A stretch of 38,379 nucleotides of DNA from positions 22,265-60,643 of the forward strand of contig CAVIUL010000001.1 in the NCBI GenBank assembly GCA_963645885.1, in the 5' to 3' direction. Both the position numbers and the translations under genes were made by a program. Of this stretch, positions 33,456-38,379 are shown one piece after another. The stretch's first letter is position 1, and each line of letters starts with the position of its first letter. The notes below the pieces were generated by a model. It was not told the origin of the DNA and ran no database searches. It saw only the letters and a list, made by a program, of their open reading frames with translations. Origin of the DNA: a bacterium. Lineage in GTDB: Bacteria > Bacillota_I > Bacilli_A > RF39 > UBA660.

Positions 33456-36400
33456 TGGCATGTATATATAAATATAAAGGACATACATTTAATTCTGAAT
33501 TAGAACTTGATGATTTTATTCTTGAAAAACTTCCGTTTGAGCCAACAATGGGCGATTTAGTCTTTAGTATGACCGAATAGCAACTAAATATATCTTCTCA
33601 ATTAAGTAAAATAGCTAAGGATTCTCATGAACTTGTAAGGAAATATCAAGAAATGTTAAACAACAACAAAGTTCTTTACAACGAGGATGGAGAAATGGCT
33701 TTAGAAGATCCTCCTTATATTGGAGTAAACAAGTTTCTTTCTGGATTAAAAAATGAATCAGGAGAATTATTATTTCCTGAATTTAGAGAAGAAGAATATT
33801 GGACACGACGATATGCTAATTGGAAAGTTGGACAATTCACAGATGCTGAAATAGAAGAATTTGAATTAGACAAAAATAACTTACCAAAAATTACAGAAGC
33901 TAGTGAACACAAGAGGCTAAGAGATTAGATGACTCATAAATGGGAAGTTCAAGCAAAAACTGGTTCTGCAATACATAATATTTTTCAAATTTGTTTTTAG
34001 AAAGAAAAGGGTGTTTATAATTTTTCTTTAGATGATGCACAATTAGAAAAAATAATTGAATCTAAATTAGAAGAAAAAAATAAACCTTATATAAAAGGAG
34101 ATATAGTTCAATAGGCAATTAAATATGCTAGAGAACTAAATGCAAAACTTACAGAAAAATTTGGAGAAGGATGTGCATATTATCCTGAATTTATGGTATC
34201 CCAAGATACAAATATTATTGAGAAAGGACATCCTACTAAATTAATGGGCATCATTGACCTTTTAATTGTAGATCCAACTGGTAAAGTACACATTTTAGAT
34301 TATAAGACTTCTATTCATGATTATCATGACTTTGTTCAAGCAAAAAAGAATTCTTATAGTTATCAATTAGGTACGTATCAAAGAATGTTACAAAAATATG
34401 GAGTACAAACATATCAAGGATAGTTAATGGTTGCTCCTATTCAAATTACTGATTTTAAAAAGGACGGAGATTCTTATACTTATTCAGGTATTACTACTTC
34501 TGAAACAATTACTGAAGTAGGTGTGCAATTAAATGCAGATAAAATGTGGGAGAACATTGATGAATTTATGCCTGCTCCTTTTAAGTTAAATATAACAACT
34601 TCTGAAGCTATTAAAACTACATCAGAAATGATGGCAAAATGGTTTCCTAATTATCGTTCTAATTATAAAATTAATCGCGAAGATTTGATTAAACGATTAA
34701 AGCAATAGAACAAATTAGAGAAAAATGAAAATGGACAGTATGTTTATACTAAATATGACTCTAAAGAAACTATTGTTGCTACAGAAGAAGGCGAATTTGT
34801 TGATAAAATTCTTAAATATGAACAAGGTTTACCAGCAAAACGATTGGAAGTTACAGCAAGAGTTAAAAATGCATTAACAGAAGCTATAAAGAACGGTATA
34901 GATAATGTGGATTTTCCTACTCCTACTACTATATCTTCTGATGGTTCTACAACCTGGTTAAAAGATACATTATCTCCATATTGTAATGGTCTTTGGGAAA
35001 TAGAAGATAATCATCTTCTGGAATCATTTGGAGTAATTATGTTAAAAACAAAAGATGGTATATCTCCAAAACAAATTGAGTTTGTTCGTGTTAGTACAAA
35101 TACATTACGAAGAGATCATAGAGCACATTTAGATAAAGAATCTAGAAAAAATGTATTTATGGAAAGAAAAGGATTACTTTCTAATTATGAAAATGATGTA
35201 ATTTAGAAGTCTAAATCTAATTCTTTAATGGTAGAAGGTGTTCAAGGTAATGTTGAACTTATAGAAACATTATTATTAATCAACCAAATGAAAGGTTTGG
35301 AAGGCTGTACAATTGGAAATGTTCAAGTAGTAAATCCAATTCAAGCAAACGGTATTTCTTTAACTAATGAAGAATTAATTTATTGTTGGAATGAATTAAA
35401 CAAACATGATAAAGTAAATTTTGACAATATTAAAAATGGTGATATAAAGTTTGCTAATAAATATGAAATAGCCAGAAATAAATTTGCAAATATCATGAGA
35501 TTAGGTGCAAAATGTGATTGGAAAGATAACTATCGTTTATTTGGAAAACTCAGAACATCTTTACCCGTACTAGATGAAAATATAAACGGAACAACTGAAG
35601 AAAAGATTTCAGCGTTAAAAGAACTTTTAAATAAAATTTCACAAAGTGATAATGCAAGAACTTTAGACAAAGTTTATTCAGAACAATCTGATTTAAAATC
35701 AGAAGCTGTAGATTTATATAACTCTATATTATAGGCTATAGCTCAATTAAAAGGAGTTAATTTCAGACAACAATTAAATGATCATGATAAATTTGTTGAA
35801 AGTCTTGCTATGTGGAAAAATGGATTATCAGGTACTTATATTGATAACCCTGGAAATATGGATAGTGAAACTCTTAATTTAGTAACAGGTTTAGTTACAG
35901 AGGCTTATCAAAATACTAGAGATGATATTCAAAGAGAAAAACCAAAAATTTATAAGTTGATAGAAAAACTTAAAAAGGAGAAAGGATTTAATGTAATTTC
36001 TGAAAATACTATAGGCAACTAGACATCTCTTTATTCTAATATGTTTTAGCCATATACAAAAGGAGGAGATTTTCTTTTTAAAAATCCGAATGATTTACAA
36101 GGTGCTGAAAAAGAATTTTTAACATATGCACTAGACAAAATAAATCGTAATCGTTATCCTGGAAAAACAGACGAAGAATATGAATATATGAAAAATTCAG
36201 GAAGTATTGATTATTATAGAGTACCTTTAGCTAAAGGTGGAGAGGATTCAATTGCTTCTACTAGAGGATTGTTAAGTGCGTTAAGAACTAAATTAAGTTA
36301 TTTAAATCCTAAAACAGCTTTCCAAAATGCTAGAGAAAAAGTAGAAGGAATATTTAATGCTGATGAAGATATTTCAAAGCAACAGCAAACAGAATTAATA

Positions 36401-38257
36401 TATAAAATGAATACAATGTTTGATGGAGGAGAAAATACTGAAAAACGTATTAAAAAGTTATAGGATAAAGGAGAAGACTTTTTTGAACATAACTTAGAAA
36501 CATTACTTTATAAACACATGTTTTCATACTCTGTAAAGAATAATATGGATGGAGTATTTCCTATGATTAAGGCTGCTATGGCTCATATTTGTACTTAGGG
36601 AGCTATGCAAAATCATAAGTTTAGTGAAGATATTCATTATTTAGATCGTTATATTAGAAATAAAATATATAACCAATCTATTATCGATCCTAAACTTCAA
36701 GATGTAGCAAAAAAATTAGGATTGTTAAAACAAGCCGCATCAAAATTAACTTTAGCATTTGCTCCAGTTCAAGCATTTTATCAACCTTTACAAGGACTTT
36801 GGACGGATATAAGTCTAATGATTCGTAAACCTGACGGTAAAGATTCATTTACATTTTCTCATTTCACAAAAGCTTTGAAAATGGTATACTCTGATTTGGG
36901 ACACTTTTCTGATTCTCCTACTATTTGTTCATCACTTAACGAAATTTATGGAATAAATGATATGGATATGAATACATATACTGAACGTATTAGTAATGCT
37001 AAAAAAGGTATATGGAATTTTGAAAATTTTATGTTTAAATTTGCATCTCGTCCTGACTTCTATAATCGTATGAGTATTTTCCTTTCACAAATGATGGGAG
37101 ATGGTTGTTTAGAAGCGCATACTTTAAAAGATGGAGAATTAATATACGATTGGAAAAAGGATAAAAGATTTGAAGCATTTGCAAATGGTAGAACTAGTGA
37201 CCCTAAGTATCATCAACAAAAAACATTATACTATACTATAGCATAGCAATTTGTAAATGAACATGCTAAAGTTAAATTATCTGACGGAAAAGTTACAGAT
37301 TTTAAATTAGATATGTCAAAGCCTATGCCTTTACCGAGAGCTTACACTAACAAACAAGCTGAAAGTATGAAATCTTTAGGAGACGATATATATGGTTACT
37401 ATTCGCATGAAAAGAAATCACTTATAATGTCTACTACATTAGGTAGTCTTTGGTTACAATTTAAAACATACTGGTCTGGTAAAAAGAATCAATACTTATA
37501 GTCTGGAGGAGTTCGATTAAGAGGTAATTGGGAACATTATGAAGAAAATGGTGAAAAATATTATTATCAAACTGATAAAAACGGTAACACTCTTTTCAAC
37601 GAACCTCCTAAAACTGAAAAAGAATTAAAAGAAATGGGACAAAAAGCAATATCCCCAGTAATGCAATGGAAAGGACAGTGGCAAGAAGGTATTATTTTAA
37701 CACTATCTGATTTAGCTAAAACTGCTTGGAATAATGGAGTTTTGTCTACCAATCCTAATAAATCATGGAATGCGTTAAAAACAGCTTGGAATGAAAAGTG
37801 GAATGCTCAAGATGAAAATCTTAGAACTGCTTATCAAAATAATATAAAATAGTTATTATATGATTTTAGTATGTTCTTAATAGGAGGATGTATCTTAGGA
37901 GCTTTATTAGGAGATTGGCTTGATGAATTAAAAGACGACAATAAGAAAAATAAAGACTTTGTTACAGGATTAGGAATAGCTGCAGCAAATGTAGCTGTAT
38001 TATCTGTAAAAAATTCATTTTTAGACTTTAATGCTATTGATTCTATAGGTGGTGCAGTTCAAACATGGACTCCTTTTTCATTTGATTGGACAACAGGAAC
38101 ATTAAAGAACGCATGGAAAGTAGCAACAGGTGATGAAGATTTCTGGGATGGAGTAATTAAAACATCTGGTGGATTAAGATAGATTAAACCTGCTTTAGAT
38201 GCAATAAAACCAGATATGTTTAGAACTAAGTCTGAAGGAGGAACATTTGGACAATAA
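33455..38257 (+). CDS. Large protein (1,600 aa): N-terminal PD-(D/E)xK (RecB/Cas4-like) nuclease domain, long unknown region, C-terminal hydrophobic helices
   Basis: The ATG at 33455 overlaps the upstream TAA (TAATG). Frame 2 is open to TAA at 38255-38257. I checked all gaps and found 16 in-frame TAGs. The C-terminal hydrophobic segments are FLIGGCILGALLGDWL and GLGIAAANVAVLSV (about 37870-38020). Confidence 0.85.
33929..34400 (+). other. PD-(D/E)xK nuclease motif set
   Basis: The motifs are GSAIHNIFQ (motif-I-like), GIIDLLIVDPTGKVHILDYKTS (D at 34256, D-Y-K at 34298-34306) and QLGTY (34364-34378). This is the classic RecB-family order G.iD...(h)hDYKT...QL..Y. Confidence 0.7.
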
Positions 38258-38262
38258 AAAAA

Positions 38263-38314
38263 AGACCCTCTCTAAACAAACAAAGCAACAGCTAAGTTTA
38301 TTCAGAGAGGGTCT
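38263..38314. terminator. Perfect 11-bp inverted repeat (AGACCCTCTCT / AGAGAGGGTCT) with a 30-nt loop; possible operon-end terminator, orientation ambiguous
   Basis: The stem is 38263-38273 pairing with 38304-38314. An A8 run (38256-38263) precedes it on the plus strand, which reads as a T-run after the hairpin on the minus strand. No T-run follows it on the plus strand. Confidence 0.5.
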
Positions 38315-38325
38315 AATATAAAGTT

Positions 38326-38379
38326 ATGACATATACAGAAGCTATAAAAATAGCAAAACAAGGAAAAACTCTTAAATTA
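38326..38379 (+). CDS. Possible start of the next gene (MTYTEAIKIAKQGKTLKL..., 3' truncated by the window edge)
   Basis: An ATG at 38326 is followed by 18 open codons with the same purine-rich, A/T-ending codon style as the upstream genes. This is too short to confirm. Confidence 0.3.
   Translation, partial: MTYTEAIKIAKQGKTLKL

Noticed and set aside
43-37752. Thirteen minus-strand ORFs of 60-99 aa (43-225, 957-1163, 4391-4597, 6434-6649, 7691-7933, 9280-9477, 12961-13260, 13876-14166, 15995-16183, 16300-16497, 31867-32130, 33715-33912, 37567-37752).
   Set aside because: All lie antisense inside long plus-strand genes. Their products are low-complexity, Cys/Phe/Ser/Leu/Ile-rich translations typical of shadow frames, and they have no start or stop context of their own.
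1-38257. Group I introns or other large insertions splitting the genes, which are reported as common in some crAss-like lineages.
   Set aside because: No gene needs a frame change or a non-coding gap to stay open. The only insertion-like element is the in-frame intein at 4518-5303.
1-38379. The fragmented ORF track could mean a decayed, pseudogenised prophage full of nonsense mutations.
   Set aside because: The interruptions are exclusively TAG (about 178 of them). There are no frameshifts and no in-frame TAA or TGA across ~12,600 codons. Ordered catalytic motifs are preserved across the fragments. Random decay would produce all three stop codons plus indels.

Overview
This 38.4-kb AT-rich window is one continuous plus-strand block of a phage late/virion operon, and it only makes sense if TAG is read as a sense codon. 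The short ORFs in the six-frame track collapse into 11 long genes plus a 54-nt partial ORF at the 3' edge. Within each gene the fragments share one frame and are separated only by TAG. I hand-translated every gap and counted about 178 in-frame TAGs and no in-frame TAA or TGA. Every true gene end is TAA or TGA, usually overlapping or abutting the next ATG (TAATG or ATGA).

Gene content, in order:
- a >1,224-aa tail/virion-like protein (5' partial);
- a Gly/Ala-rich 825-aa protein interrupted by a 262-aa intein;
- repeat-containing proteins of unknown function;
- a DUF192 protein;
- a small, GC-richer, TAG-free gene with its own Bacteroides-type promoter and intrinsic terminator;
- about 25 kb occupied by four genes: a 3,143-aa protein with hydrophobic segments and a full SF1 helicase motif set; a 3,310-aa protein with a beta-prime-like DPBB 'DYDID' motif (the crAss-like virion RNA polymerase signature); a ~350-aa HExxH protein; and a 1,600-aa protein with an N-terminal RecB/Cas4-type PD-(D/E)xK nuclease.

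Best interpretation: a Crassvirales-like podophage of a Bacteroidota host that uses amber recoding (probably TAG->Gln) in its late genes. I saw no tRNA, rRNA, CRISPR array or transposon. All functional calls come from motif recognition by eye; no database search was run.
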